DNA from: Caecitellus pseudoparvulus
Lineage: Eukaryota > Protista > Bigyra: Bicosoecida
Reading direction: 5' to 3'
DNA length: 64,000 nt
Assembly (NCBI GenBank): GCA_965644315.1
Contig: CBFFRQ010000065.1
Location: forward strand, 186,001 to 250,000
The notes beneath the pieces are model-generated. The model made no database searches. It had not been told where the DNA came from and saw nothing but the letters and a program-made list of their open reading frames with translations. The position numbers and the translations under genes were made by a program. Positions 13,278 through 26,013 of the stretch are shown here, piece after piece (position 1 is the first letter of the stretch; every line of letters starts with the position of its first letter).

Positions 13278-15388
13278 ATGGCAGCCGCGGAGGTGACCAT
13301 GCCGGCGACAGAGGAGCAACCCAAGCAGGTGGGGTTGCCACAGCTTCCACTCCCTGGGCTGTCAGAGTCCCTGGCTGCGTACTTGGCGTCTGTGCAGCCC
13401 CTGCTGAGCGAGGAGGAGTACGCTGCCGAAGCTGAAGTGGTGAAGCCAGACAGCCCAGAACTGCAAGAAGCCCATGCCATGGCTGTGAAACTGCACGAGG
13501 AGTCGGGAAAAGTGGGCAAGAGCTACTTTGAAGACATTTGGAGGGAGGCGTACCTGCGCCCGAGAGGTGGGCTTGCAGTGCACGTGAACCCGTTTTTTGT
13601 GCTGGAGGTGCGGGGCCAGCGTCACCACGCCAACGTGCTCGCCTGCCAGCCAGCACGCCATTGTTCTCGATGCGGCATTCGCAGGATGACGCGACTCCAA
13701 ACAGGCACAGCCAGACGGCGCGGGCCACCTCCCTGCTCATCTCCACCCTCGCGTTTCACGTGATGGTGGCTCGGGGCACGTTGCCGGCAGACAAGTGGCG
13801 CACGACCGAGCTGTGCATGGCACAGTACAAGCACCTCTTTGGCAGCACCCGCATTCCCGTGCAGGGGGGAGCGGACGAGTTCTTCCAAGACACGAAGGCG
13901 ACTCATGTCGTCGTGCTGGCTGCAGGCCAAGTGTACTGGTTCCACGTCATCTCCCCAGACCAAAGCACCGTGCTGCCGCCCGAGACCATCGCAGACAACT
14001 TGCGAGCCATCTTGCACGACGCAGCTAGCTTGCCACCAGAGGCAGCTGAAGCACAGGCAGTGGGCGCCCTCACTGGCGTGGGGCGTGAGGAGTGGGCGGA
14101 GCTGCGAAGCAAGCTAGCGCTGGACCCTGCAAATGCGGAGTCACTGCAGCGGGTGGACAGCGCCCTGCTCGTGCTGAACTTGGATGCTGAAAGCCCCTCC
14201 ACATTGACAGAGGCGTCTCAAGATTTTCTGGGTGGTGTGAGCGTCATCGACCCGGACTCTGACGCGCAGGTGGGCTCCTGCTTGAACCGGTGGTACGACA
14301 AGACGCTGCAGTTGATCGTGTGCAGCAACGGCATGGCAGGCGTGAACTTCCAGCACTCCCACGTGGACGGGCACACCGTGCTGCGGTACGCGTCGGATAT
14401 CATCACGGACAGCATCCTGCGCTTCGCGCAGAGCATCCGAGGGGGCCTGCCTTCCATCCTGGACAGCGTCCAGCATGGCGACATTGGGCTGTCTCCCGCT
14501 CCCCAGAAAGTGGTGTGGCGCCTGGATGCCAGCGACAAACTTGCCATCAAACAGGCGGAGGCGCAGCTGGGCGACCTGCTGAACCAGGTGGAAGTGGAGG
14601 CGCTGGAGTTCAGCTCCTTTGGCAAGCGGGCCATCAAGGCTGCCTCTATGTCCCCCGACGCTTTCGTGCAAGTGGGCATCCAGCTCGCCTACTACCGCGT
14701 ATACGGCACGCTGCACAACACGTACGAGACGGTTATGACGAAGGCCTTTCACCATGGCCGCACTGAGCCAGTGCGCGCGCTTTCCCCGGCGACTGAGGAG
14801 TTCGTGAAGCGCTTCACCGACCCAGACGTCCCTGGAGCGTCCAAGCTCGCGGCGCTCAAGGCGGCTCTGTCCCTGCACTCCAAGCGCACTGGCGTGGCGA
14901 GCAGGGCGTTGGGCTGTGAGCGCCACTTGTACACGCTTAAGGTACTCAGTGAGCAGGCGGGGCGGGAGCCCCCCGCTCTGTTCAAGGGGCCAGGGTGGCA
15001 ACGCCTGATGGACAACGTCATCTCCACCAGCAACTGTGGGAACCCGTCCCTGCGCCTGTTTGGGTTCGGCCCCGTCTCGCAGCAGGCTGGTTTCGGCATC
15101 GGGTACCTCATCAAAGACGACGGCATTCAGTTCTGCATTTCAAGCCGCCGCCGGCAGACGGCGCGTTTTGTGCACCTGTTGCAGCGCAGCTTGGGCGACA
15201 TGATGGCCCTGTCGCAGCGTTCCAGCGCACCTGCACAAATCGGAAGCGGGGGTTCTGTGCCTCTGGGATCTGTGTCCCTGTCTGGCCCCACCACTCCCAT
15301 CGGCCGGTACAGCGGCAGTGGCGTCAGCACATGGGGACGTGCGCGAGCGTCTTCCTCTCACGCTCTCAGACCAGCCAGTGCCCAGTAG
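13278..15388 (+). CDS. Carnitine/choline O-acyltransferase (YAT1/CrAT-like)
   Basis: LPQLPLPGLSESL, VNPFFVLE/DD (intron 13608-13684), NRWYDKTLQLIV, catalytic-His region FQHSHVDG, SPDAFVQ, YETVMTKAFHHGRTE, carnitine-binding ISTSN. Confidence 0.92.
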
Positions 15389-15422
15389 AGCACATTTGCC
15401 CCCAACAGAGCGCCAGACTCGC

Positions 15423-17038
15423 CTATTGGGTAGCTGTAAGGACGAGCGTCACCTTGGTCTGCACGCCAGGCTTGTGCGTGAGGTGCAGGAAGTTCCGCTC
15501 CGGAGAGGTGATGAGGAGGGCGCCCTCTGGGACAACCTTGGCTGAGTAGCCAGCTGGGTAGTGCCAGTCCTGGTTGAAATACACAACTGTCGTCGTGTTG
15601 GAGGCGCTCGGGTTCGTCTCGTACTGCAGCGTGAAGGTGCGGGCAGGCTCCTTCGACGCATACGACATGCTGATGCTGCCCGGCACGCCGGCGATGTACT
15701 GGGCGTATGTGCGCGAGAGAGCTGCCACCTTGTCGCTTTGCAGGGTGCCGTTCGGGTGGTAGAATGACTCCGTCGCAGGGTTCTGCGTCGTGATGTCGTG
15801 GAAACCCTTGAAGGTCCAGTACGCCCAAGACTCCAGGAGAGTGTCTGCCAGGCCAGCTTCGTAGTGGATGGTGTCGATGCTGGTCGGCCCTTCGCCCAGC
15901 GCGCCAAACTCAGTCATGAAGTGCCCGCCCCCGACTTTTTCAATGTTAGCGGCGGCGATCTTAAAGCCAGCGTCGAGGTTGTCGAAGCAAGACGTCAGGT
16001 TGGTGATGTCGCCCGCAGCATTCTGGTCCACACAGTAGATGTGGTATGCCAGGGCCTGGGTGGCGTTGGCACTGGCGCCCCCTGGGCCCACAGTGAAGCC
16101 GGTGGGCTGGTGGATGTCCCCCTCCACCACGCTGGGCTCGTAGAAGACGATGTGGTGCTGGTCCGACTCCCGGATAGCGTCCCACGCGCCCTCGTACAGC
16201 GGCATGAGCCTGTCCTGGTCCGTCTTGTCTGGCTCCAGGTAGCACAGCACGTCCAGGTCGTGGAAGCCATCGCACGGCAAGGGCTCATTCAACAGCTCGT
16301 AGCCCAGGACATACTCACTGCCATTCATGACCCGCGCAACGGCACCCCAGTGGGCTGCGAACTCCCGCTGAAGGGTCTGGTTGTGGTACAGGGGGTACCA
16401 GCTGGATTGCAGCTCGGCCGCGAGGTTCCACTCCACAAAGGGCAGCTGCAGGCACTGCGTGATGTTGGCGTAGTGCCGAGGGCCCAGCTTGTCCACCTTG
16501 TGGGGGATGGGGAAGGGAAAAGTGCCCTGCGCCCAGGCAGCTGGCTGCACTGCCCAGTCCGGCACGCCCTCCCCGCAGAACTTGCGGCTGAACAGGTCCT
16601 GATGGCCGTCCAGGAGTGTGTAGATGCCGAACTCCCCCATGCTCTCGACGAGGCCGCGCACGTTGGTCAGGAAGGAAGTGTTGAACTGGCCTGGCCCAGA
16701 GGGCGTCGTGGCTGACCACATCATGCCCAGGCGCACCATGTTGAAGCCCCAGGACCGCAGGTTCGCCATGTCTTCCACCGACAGGGACGTATCGCTGTTG
16801 AAGCCGTTCTGAGTCGGGATGAAGGGGGGGAGCTTGTACACCGCATTCACTCCGTGCCAGATTCTGTGATGAGGAGCGGGCGAAGTGCACTGCACATGCC
16901 ACACGCTGCTGCGCGTTTGAGGTACACCGACACGACACGCCCATCTTCCTGCACGAAATGCTGCGATGCAGGGTCAATTTGAATCATGGCTGCAGATCGG
17001 GCCACAAGGCCCACCAGAAGGCACCCCAGCAGCCGCAT
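15423..17038 (-). CDS. Secreted GH5 endoglycoceramidase-like glycoside hydrolase
   Basis: Signal peptide MRLLGCLLVGLVARSAA; HGVNAVYK, WGFNMVRLG, LLDGHQD, acid/base YELLNEP, nucleophile FMTEFG, LSRTYAQ; one intron near 16862-16932. Confidence 0.9.
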
Positions 17039-17297
17039 TGCGCCTGGCACCCGGCAGCCTGGTTTGCTGGCCAACAGCGCAAGTGTGCTATGGCTCCCGA
17101 GCGACAGCGACAGGGGCACTTGTCGAGACAGCCATGCACTGTAGGACGCTAGTTTTGTGCAGAAGCTCGCGCGGGTTGCAAGATTGCCGCTTCTTAGACA
17201 TTGCTTTCGCGCAAACGGGGGGCTCCATGCACGGCGCCTTTCACACCGCTCCACCGTGGGCTCGCGCCCCCGTTGACGAGGGCACTGCAGCGTGCCC

Positions 17298-20200
17298 ATG
17301 GGGACTCGCCAAATACAATATAACTTCTGGTGGGACCAGTTCCCTCGGGCCTATGCTGCACCTGGTGTGCATGCGCTGGGACGCCTGCATGCAGTGCTCA
17401 CCGACTTCCTCAAACAGACCGTGTGCGGAACTTGCTGCCTCACCAGCGGCTACGTGAACCTGTGCGGTGGTGGAGGCCGCTGCTCCGGGAGTACGTCACG
17501 GAACAGGCACCTTTCATCATGACCATGTCAGTTGCTGGGGCAGTGGGCCTGCTGGCGCACCTCCACCGCTGGTTGGGAGGGCGTGCTCTGGTGTGTAGAG
17601 CCGCTGCAGACGCCGCGCTCCGACGCGTGGGGCACACGTGTGCCTGCTCTGGTGTGCCCTACGCAGCTGATTGCGCCGAATAGCGCCCCCACAAGTGGAA
17701 GGGTGACAGGGCTGAACGGATTTCGGGTGTCTGTCACGCCAGCCAGCGCCGAAGGCACCGTGCCGCGTGCGGTGGAAGTCGACCTTGGCTCGAACGTGCC
17801 CCTCACTGCAGCTTTCACGAGTGGCCTGGTCTGGGCACGAATTGGGACGGAGGGGTCTCCTTGGAAGGCATGCGAGGTAAGTGTGTGCTGGACAGGGCAC
17901 GGAGTGGGGCGGTGTGCATGGAGCGCGCTTTTCGCCATGCGCAGGTGCTGCAATGGACGCCCGGCAGCGACCCCGAGCAAAGTCACGGCGTGTACATGGG
18001 CCAAGAGCACAGCTCAAGTTCGGCTGCCTCGTCGATCTGTGTCGTGCCGCTGGGCTCAAGCTTGCTGAGCCCGCAGTGGGTGCAGCCGGCGCTGACCACA
18101 CCACTGACGCAGATGCCAGCGGGTGCGCAGGTAAGATTGCTGCATGCAACGTCGTGTGGGCTGCGCCACGCGGCTGCGAGTATCAAAATGTCTTCTTGTA
18201 TGCCGCCGCCCATGCTGCTCGCTGCGCCCTTGCTGTCCCAGATGTCAGACTTAGCTGCGGATTTACAAGCCATCATGGACGAAGCCACACGCATGACGAC
18301 AGCCGCCCGAGGCGCCATGGCAGCAGCACAGTTCACCTCGAGCGACAGCGACATTGGAATCGCTGCAGTGGGCAAGTGGATCAGCATGCCTGGCCCCTTG
18401 GCTGCCTGCCCTGCACGTGTCGTGGACTTCACGCCCGACAGCCAGCAGCACTTGGTGCTGGTGGCACAGGGGCAGCCTGGCTCCCACACCACCCACGCTG
18501 CCTGGGTGTGCCTGCCACTCCTAGGGCACTTGGCAGCCAATCCAGGCCCACCTGGTCTGGGCTGGCATCACAGCAAGGCCAGGCCAGACAAGGAGTGCCG
18601 GCTGCCCACCCCGACAACGCCCCTGTCCCAGCCGCACATGCACAGTGTGACGGTGCCTGGCTCCGCAGGGACCCTCCTCACACTGACTGCGGCGCAGGGC
18701 TCCCAGGCAGCAGGCCAGACACATGCTGCAGCGCAGGCCGAGGCTGTCGGCGCCACCCTCAGCACTGGCAGCGTGCAGTGCGACACTACGGGAGACACCA
18801 TTCCGCCACAGGCGGCCGCCTGCTGCCTGGGCTGTGGCACGTGGCGGCGCCGGGACTGCATCCCCAGCCACGGGTGGGCAGGGCCCCCCAATGTCCTCCG
18901 GGGCGGCGGACCAGCACCGTCCCTGACCACGGACTGCAGTGCCGTTCGTGCGACGGACACGGCGGCAGCGGCGGGGTCCCTGGCCGTCCCCCCCATGTTG
19001 GCGGTGCGCCGGCGCACAGAGAGTGTTCTGGAGGCCCCTCTTCCGCAAGGCCTGCCGCCTATCCGCCCCCCGCCCCTGACGAAGCTGGACACGCTGGGGC
19101 TGGCTCCCGGGGACATGCCCCGTCTGCAGGCTGTGGCTGCACGCCTGCACCACCTGCCCCCCACACAGCCAGCGCATGACGAGTGGCTGTGCTCAGGCTG
19201 CTGTCGCTGTGACACGTGCGGCGCCAGCGAGCCTGGGCGTGCTGATCAAGCCTGGCAGTGTGCCTTGCTTGCGCCGCCAGGCGTCACCACGGGGCCGCCC
19301 ACCGACGACAGTTCGCTGACGGGGTGGACGCTGGTGCTGCCGGCCCTGCCTGCAGAGCCGCCTGTGCTGCGCCCCCGCTGGGCTGTGCAGTGCAGTGGGT
19401 GCTTGGAGGCTCGGCAAGCATCGCCGCAGCTCACCTGCTCCCTGTCTGGGCAGCTCGTCTCCAGCTCTTCTGTGCTGGCAGGCGGCGGGGACCAGCCGAC
19501 CACGCGAGTCTGCAGCTGCTGCCAGCACCCAGTCATGCAGCAGTACGAGTCCCCGCCGCCCCTGCTGTGGGGGGGCAAGGGGCACATGTCCCAGTACGTG
19601 TGCATGGCGTGCCGAGCAAGTCTCGCGCGGCAGCTGTGGTGCGTGATGGTGACGGCGGACCGAGGGCGGCTGTTCTACCACCCCGTCACGACAGACATGG
19701 CGCCAGGGTACTTTGCTGTGGTGCAGCACCCCATGGACCTGCTGAGCATGAAGGCGTACCTGGTCAAGGGCGGCTACCACCTGCCTTGGGACGGCCTGCA
19801 GACTCTGCGGGATCACGCCGCACTGGTGGCGCGGAACGCCCTCATCTTCAACGAGCCCACCGGGCGCGTGTTCCGGGATGCCACGCGGTGGTTTCGCTCG
19901 GTCTCCCTGGCTTGCGACGCCATGGCACCCTGGACCTCGGGGGACGCCTATGCGGATGAGATCGTCGGCCGCCTGCAGGCAGCCAAAGAGGCTAAGTCCA
20001 GGTCCTTGCCCCGTCTGCCGCGGTCTGTGGCAGAGGGCGCCATGGGCGTGCCCGTCCCCCGCGCTGACACCAAGGCCCGCCAAGCAGCCCTGGAGGCGAT
20101 CATTGCCAAGGCCCGGGCAGAGGCAGCCGCAGGTACGGGTGGCGGCGGCCAGACTCCCACACCGGGCACTCCCATGGGCATGCCCGGAGCTGCTCCTGGT

Positions 20201-23200
20201 GGGGAGGCATCTCCCAGCCGACTGCCCCGAGCACGCGAGCGCGGTGCGGGGGGTGACAGCGGTGCGCCCGGCGGCGACCCCCCCGCTGACGGCCTGCCCG
20301 TGTCCATGGGCTTGCCGCATGAGTACCGCGTGCTGCCCCGGGCAAAGCACGGCCACGCGCCCAACGCCCTGCCCCTCATGCCTCTCGCGCACATGTCCAG
20401 CCGCGAAGCCATGGCGCTGTCCACGCGGGACATGTGCGCCGCATGCGGCAGCAGCGGCGACGCGGCCCACATGCTCTGCTGCGTGGACTGCGGCGAGACG
20501 CTGCACTGCTACTGCCTGGCCCTGGATGACGACGCGCGGGCTGACGTCGTCGTCAAGACTGCCTGGCGCTGCCCCAACTGCAAGGTGTGCGAGGCGACGG
20601 GGCATGCCTCCGCCTCCAGCGACAGCGAGATGCTGTACTGCGAGCGCTGCGACGGCGGCTACGCCATGTCGTCCCTGCGCCCCTCCATGTCCAGCGTGCC
20701 GTCCGGGCGCTGGGTGTGCGCTGCCTGTGTCGACGCGGTGCATGCGGCGCCTGACCCTTGCCAGTGGGTGGTCCTGCCCTCCGAGGTGTCCCTGCTCAAC
20801 TGTCGCTCCATGCACCTGACAGGCACTGGCAACGGCGAGGCGCTGGGGGTGGACCCCCTCGCCGTGGCGCAGGCGTCCAGCACAGACATGTCCGTGTCTG
20901 CGTCCCTGGTGGCGTGTGCGGCGGTGGTGGAGAGCCTCATGCGCCCGAGAGACATGGCCCTCACGGTGGCCGAGCTGGGGGCGCTGCAGGAAGTGCTGGG
21001 CGAGGTGGACGCTGCGTACCGTGCTGTGCACCTGCCCGCCATGCAGGCGTCCGGCGCCAACACGCAGCTGACGCAGGCTCAAAACATGGTGCCGGCCCTG
21101 GTGCAGCGGGGCATCATGGCTGACTACGTCGCCCACCGTGTGCAGGAGACCTACTTGCACTGGGCGCGCAGTACCAGTGTGGCGGTGCAGCCGCACATGG
21201 TGGATGGCAAGTTTGCCGAGGCGGTGGCGACCACGGCGGGGGGGGGCAGCACCCCTGATGCCAGCACTGCTGAAAGCGCGGTTTGCACTGACGTGGAGCA
21301 CACGCCCTGCACCAGTCGTTGGGGAGACATCGCCAAGGTGGAGGGGTGCTGCCCGCTGTGTCTGAAGGAGTGGGGGGAGGGCGACAGCAACATGGCCCAG
21401 TGCGATCTTTGCCACACTTGGGTGCATGGTCAGTGCGAGGCACCGCCCATCACCCCCCTCATCACCCAGGCCCTGGAAGCCGTCGGGGACGGCGTCGTGT
21501 ACTTGTGTGCTGGCTGCCGTGCTGGGCAGGAGCACACCTTCTCCCCGTCCCAGGCCGCCACCGTTGCGCCCGCCGCCCTGGCCAAGCTCGCGGCGAAGCC
21601 TGAAGGTCTGCAGCTCCTGCAGCACCCAGGCTTCGCCCTGCGAGCAGACTTGGTGACGCTGCTGCCTGCGGCGGTCGCCACAGCCCGCGCACGGGCAGAT
21701 GCGACCGCTCGCGAGGCGTCGGCGCACTCCGCGCAACTGCAAAAGCTCCAGAGCATCGTCGCCAGCAAGACGGCTGAGCAGCAAGCCCAGCTGGGTCAGC
21801 TGCCCGGCAAGGTCCAGGAGCTCTTGCAGCAGGCCCCATGCCGCGTGCAGGCTGCGCGGGAGGCCGCCCTCACCGCCGCACAGCTGGAGGACCCTGCCGC
21901 AGAGACCCAGCGCATCTTGCGGGACGAGCTGTGGGCTGTCTTCGTGGCGCTACAAGACGCTGCACAGCAGCGGGCCTTGTCCGCGTCCACCCGCCCCCAG
22001 CACGGCGATACGCTCGGCTCCCTGCCCCCTCTGCCCTTGCTGGATGCAGAGCCGTGGTGGATCCGCCGACTGCTGTGTGGGGACGTCGCCGGCTCCTGGG
22101 CCCCCCGCGCCCTGAACCCGGCCCTTGCCGCCACGGCGCAGGCGGTCATGTGGCAGCCGCCACACCCTGTCACGCACGCTTGCCTGCCTGCCGAGGCGCT
22201 GACCCCGCAGCAGCGTGCGACGGCAGAGAACGTGCTGCGGCCTTTCCGGGCCAGCGATAGCGCTGCTGCCGTGTGGCAGCGTGGAGGCGCTGTGGCGCCC
22301 AATGTTGCCGTCGCGCTGTCCGCTCTGCTCATGGGCTCCGCTTTGGTGGACGCAGCTGCACTGGGCACCCTGGCAGACTCACTCCTGGCCGCATCGCCGG
22401 CGTCCCCAGGACCACAGTCCCCCCTTCCCAGCCCCTCGGCAGGGGACGCCGGGCTGGCCTTCTTGTCCACAGAGACGCCTACCAAGCCGCGCCTGCTGCA
22501 AGCCTTGTCCATCGCCGCCTCCGCCAAGGCGCTGCTGGGGCCCGGCCCGACACCCCTGCCACCCTACACCATCGCGTGCGGGGCGCCGCTGCTGGCTTGC
22601 CTGCCGCCTCTGCTGCCCAGCACACCCAAGGCTGACTCCAGGTTGCAGCGTGGCTGCTCAGGTGTTGAAGCCACGCAGGCGGTGTTTGACCTGGACCCCC
22701 GGGCCTGCGGCTACTGCGCGGCGCCCGAGTCCATCTGTGCGTACCGCTTCGACATTCTGGCTGCATTGGATGCTGTGCGGCGGCACGGGTGTGGTGTGGG
22801 GGACCCCGAGGACCTCGTCGCAGTGTCTCTGGGCGTGGGGAGGGGGAACAAGACCCGGTACGAGAACATGCGTGTGGAGGCCGCACGACTGGCCACCCCT
22901 GCTTGCTGTGTGGAGCTGCTGCAGGGGCTGGAAGGCAGGCTGCTGCCCGTGCCACACTCGTCCACCTGGGTGTCAGCCATGTCCGCCGTCTGGTCATCAG
23001 ATGTCGTCGTGGGCCCGGGGGACGCCTCCCTGTACGGTGTGCAAGCCAGCCTGAAGCGTGCCTTGAAGATGCGCTGCTCGGCATGCGGCCTGCCGGGCGC
23101 CAGCATCGCCTGCTGCCGCAAGGGCTGTGGCGCGTCGTACCACCTGCGGTGTGCTGTGCGCAGCGGGGCGGTCCTGGACCCCCTGGCCCGCGGACTCTTC

Positions 23201-25801
23201 TGCACTCACCCCAAGTGCCTGCCTGAGGAACTGCCCGATCTGCCCCAGCTGGCCATGCTGCCAGCACACCTCCGAGCCGTCACGTCGCCGCAGCTGCTCA
23301 AGGCCCTGGCCACGACGCCGCTCAGCGCAGGGCACATTACGCTGCCGGCGGAGTGGCTGCCCCACCTCGCCAGCACGGGTGTGCCGCCCGCCACCATCTT
23401 GCACCTGCCCATGTCCCTGGCCCGCACATGGCATGCGACACTGGCCATCTGGTCGTGGCCCACCTCCGTCCCCTTCACAGTCAGCGCCACAGGGCTGGGG
23501 GAGGAGCGCACGCAGTCTCCCTACCCCATGACGCCAGGAGGGGTGCCGCTGGCCACATCACTGTCGGCGGTGCGGCCGCTGGCCCGCGGCCCCCCTCTGC
23601 GGGAAGACTTGTTGGCGGGGGATGCGCTGCAGGCGACGCTGCCCGCAGCTGCCGAGGAGGAAGGCAGTGCACTCCAGGCCGCGCCCGCCAAGCGAGCTGC
23701 CGTGGAGGCGCCCGGGACAGGGGCGCCCACACACCCAGCGCCCACCGGCCGAGATACCGGCGTGCCGACCAAGTCTGCAGCCTTTGACGCACAGCTGGCG
23801 GAGGAGGTGGGCGTGGCCAAACTGCGCGTGGCACAGGCATTCCTGCTGGAGCGCCACGCTGGAGTGCAGGAGGCAGGGGCTGAGGTGTCGGCAGTGATTG
23901 AGGCGCTGCCCGCCGCCACACGCACGGCCCTGGATGCCGTGTCGGCCCCTCCGCCAGGCTCTGCCGGTTTCAGCATCCTCGATGCAGAGGAGGCGGCAGC
24001 TGCGTCGGAAGGGGCTGCATCTGGCCCACGCAGCGCTGGGCGGGGGTGGGTTGTGGAGGGCACGGACGAGGGGGATGCCGAGCCCCTGGCAGAGGCGGCA
24101 GCCGAACCTGTGCCCTGTCTGCGCATTGGTGCCTTGACCGTCTTGCGGTGGGGCCGCATCATCCCCCACTCCCCCGGCTTCCACACTGAGAAGGCGCTGT
24201 ACCCAGTCGGGTACCTTGCGCGCCGGGTGTACTGGGCTCCTGGGCCCACCCCCGGCCGGCGGTGCTCCTACACGCTGGACATCCAGGAAGAGGTGCAGGG
24301 TGGCGACGGGCAGGGTGGGCGGCGCAAGCGGTCACGGGCAGGGCATGCAGTGCCGCTGTCCGCCGTGTCCGACCGTTTCTGCACGTCCAAGCCAGTGTTC
24401 CGCATCCGCTGTGATGCGGACCCCACCCTGGTTATCCGGGCGTCCTCGCCCGACGCCGCCTTCCGTGCCCTGCGCCACACACTGTCCCTGCCCCACACAG
24501 ACGTCTTCCAGGAGTCCAAGGAGGGGGGGGGGCGGGCTGGCCTGGGCGCGCCGCATCACCTGTGGCAGCCCGACCTGGCACACCCCCACGGCGGCTGCAT
24601 GCCGCACCTGTACGGGCCCACGTGGCAGCGCACAGTGGCGTGGCAGTGCCGGCATTTCGGGGGCGTGTCCCCGCTGCAAGTGGCCTGCATCGGCTCCCGC
24701 TTCGCGCCTCAGCCGCGAGCTGTGTGGGGTTCGGCCTACGGCACATCAGGCGGGGACTTCTTCGGCATCACACTGCCCCACGTGCAGGCGGTGCTGGAGA
24801 GTGCAGCTGACACGGCGCTGGCCATGGTGGTGCCGGTGCAGGGACACACGACGCCCATCGCCTGGCCACGGTACCAGTACCGGTACCTGGACCCGCCCAC
24901 GGAGTTCGCCTCCATGGCGCGCATCCACCGCGACGAGGCGGCCGCTGCAGCTGCCCAGAACACCAGCGGCGCCGCCCGCTGCGAAGCGCTCGTGCCCCCG
25001 CCGCCCCTGGAGGAGCTCCTGCGAGACCCTCACGCATACCTGCACAAGCAGCAGCTGACGCGCCGCGCCGGCGTGCTGGCTGCTCGCATGGACAACTTAG
25101 ACCACGTGCCTGGCGCGTCTGACGCCATGCTCTGCTTCCCGCCCCATGTCGGGGACAGCTCTGGGGAGGGGCAGGTGGCGGGGCACGCCGCGGGGGGCAC
25201 TGCCATGGTGTCTCGAGGACGTGGGCGGGGCAGCACCTCCGGCACAGCTACCGCCGCTGCCAACGTCGCCGCCACGGAGGACGAGGAGTCCACTGCTCTG
25301 TCAGCGGACAAGCGGCCGTGGCGGCTGGACCTGGTGAGCCTGTACCACGAGTACGCCGCCGTGGACACGGCCTTGAACTTGGCGGTGCGGCGCTCCCCCA
25401 TCCACGGCTGGGGCCTCTTTGCCCGTCGGGACATCCCCAAGGACACGGTGGTGATTGAGTACACCGGCGCCATCCTGCGCCAGCGCACAGCGGACTTCCG
25501 GGAGCACGTGTACAACACGCAGTTCGGCATGGACGGCTCGTGCTACCTGTTCCGCGTGGATGACGACACCATCATCGACGCGACGCTGGAGGGCGGCCCA
25601 GCGCGCTTCATCAACCACTGCTGCGACCCGAACTGTTACTCCCGCATTGCCAGCGTGGCGGGGGGCAAGCGCATCCTCATCCTCGCCAAGCGCACCTTGC
25701 GACGAGGCGAGGAAATCACGTACGACTACAAGTTTCCCTACGAGCCAGACCCACTGCCGTGCTACTGCGGAGCAGAAAAGTGCCGTGGGCGCATGAATTG
25801 A
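17298..25801 (+). CDS. KMT2/trithorax-type histone H3K4 methyltransferase (PWWP-like, bromodomain, PHDs, ePHD, FYRN/FYRC, WIN, SET, post-SET)
   Basis: SET motifs SPIHGWGLFA, RFINHCCDPNC, GEEITYDYKF and post-SET CYCGAEKCRG; WIN-like SGAARCE; FYRN LRIGALTVLRWG..FHTEKALYPVGY; bromodomain FYHPVT..PGYFAVVQHPMDL..NALIFN; several PHD Cys patterns. Upstream exons join in frame through introns 17365-17417, 17591-17666, 17877-17944 and probably 18131-18241. Confidence 0.9.
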
Positions 25802-26013
25802 AGCACGGCCAGGGGTGGGAGGGGGGTCGACAAAGCTAGGCGATACGGCAGGAGGCCTGGGGAACAACACACAAATGCAAACATGTGCTACCCGTCACGA
25901 GGCTGACCTGGCGAGCTGTCGCTTTGCATCCAGCTGCTGACGTGGGAGGTTGGCGAGGTGCCGTTGCAGGCCACGCTTCTGCAGCTGCTCGCCTGCCGAC
26001 GCAGCGCAGCGCC

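Noticed and set aside
19193-21784. Long antisense ORFs (863 aa here, 631 aa at 45888-47783, and + strand ORFs at 17-2599)
   Set aside because: They are shadows of genuine GC3-rich genes on the opposite strand, with no motifs of their own.
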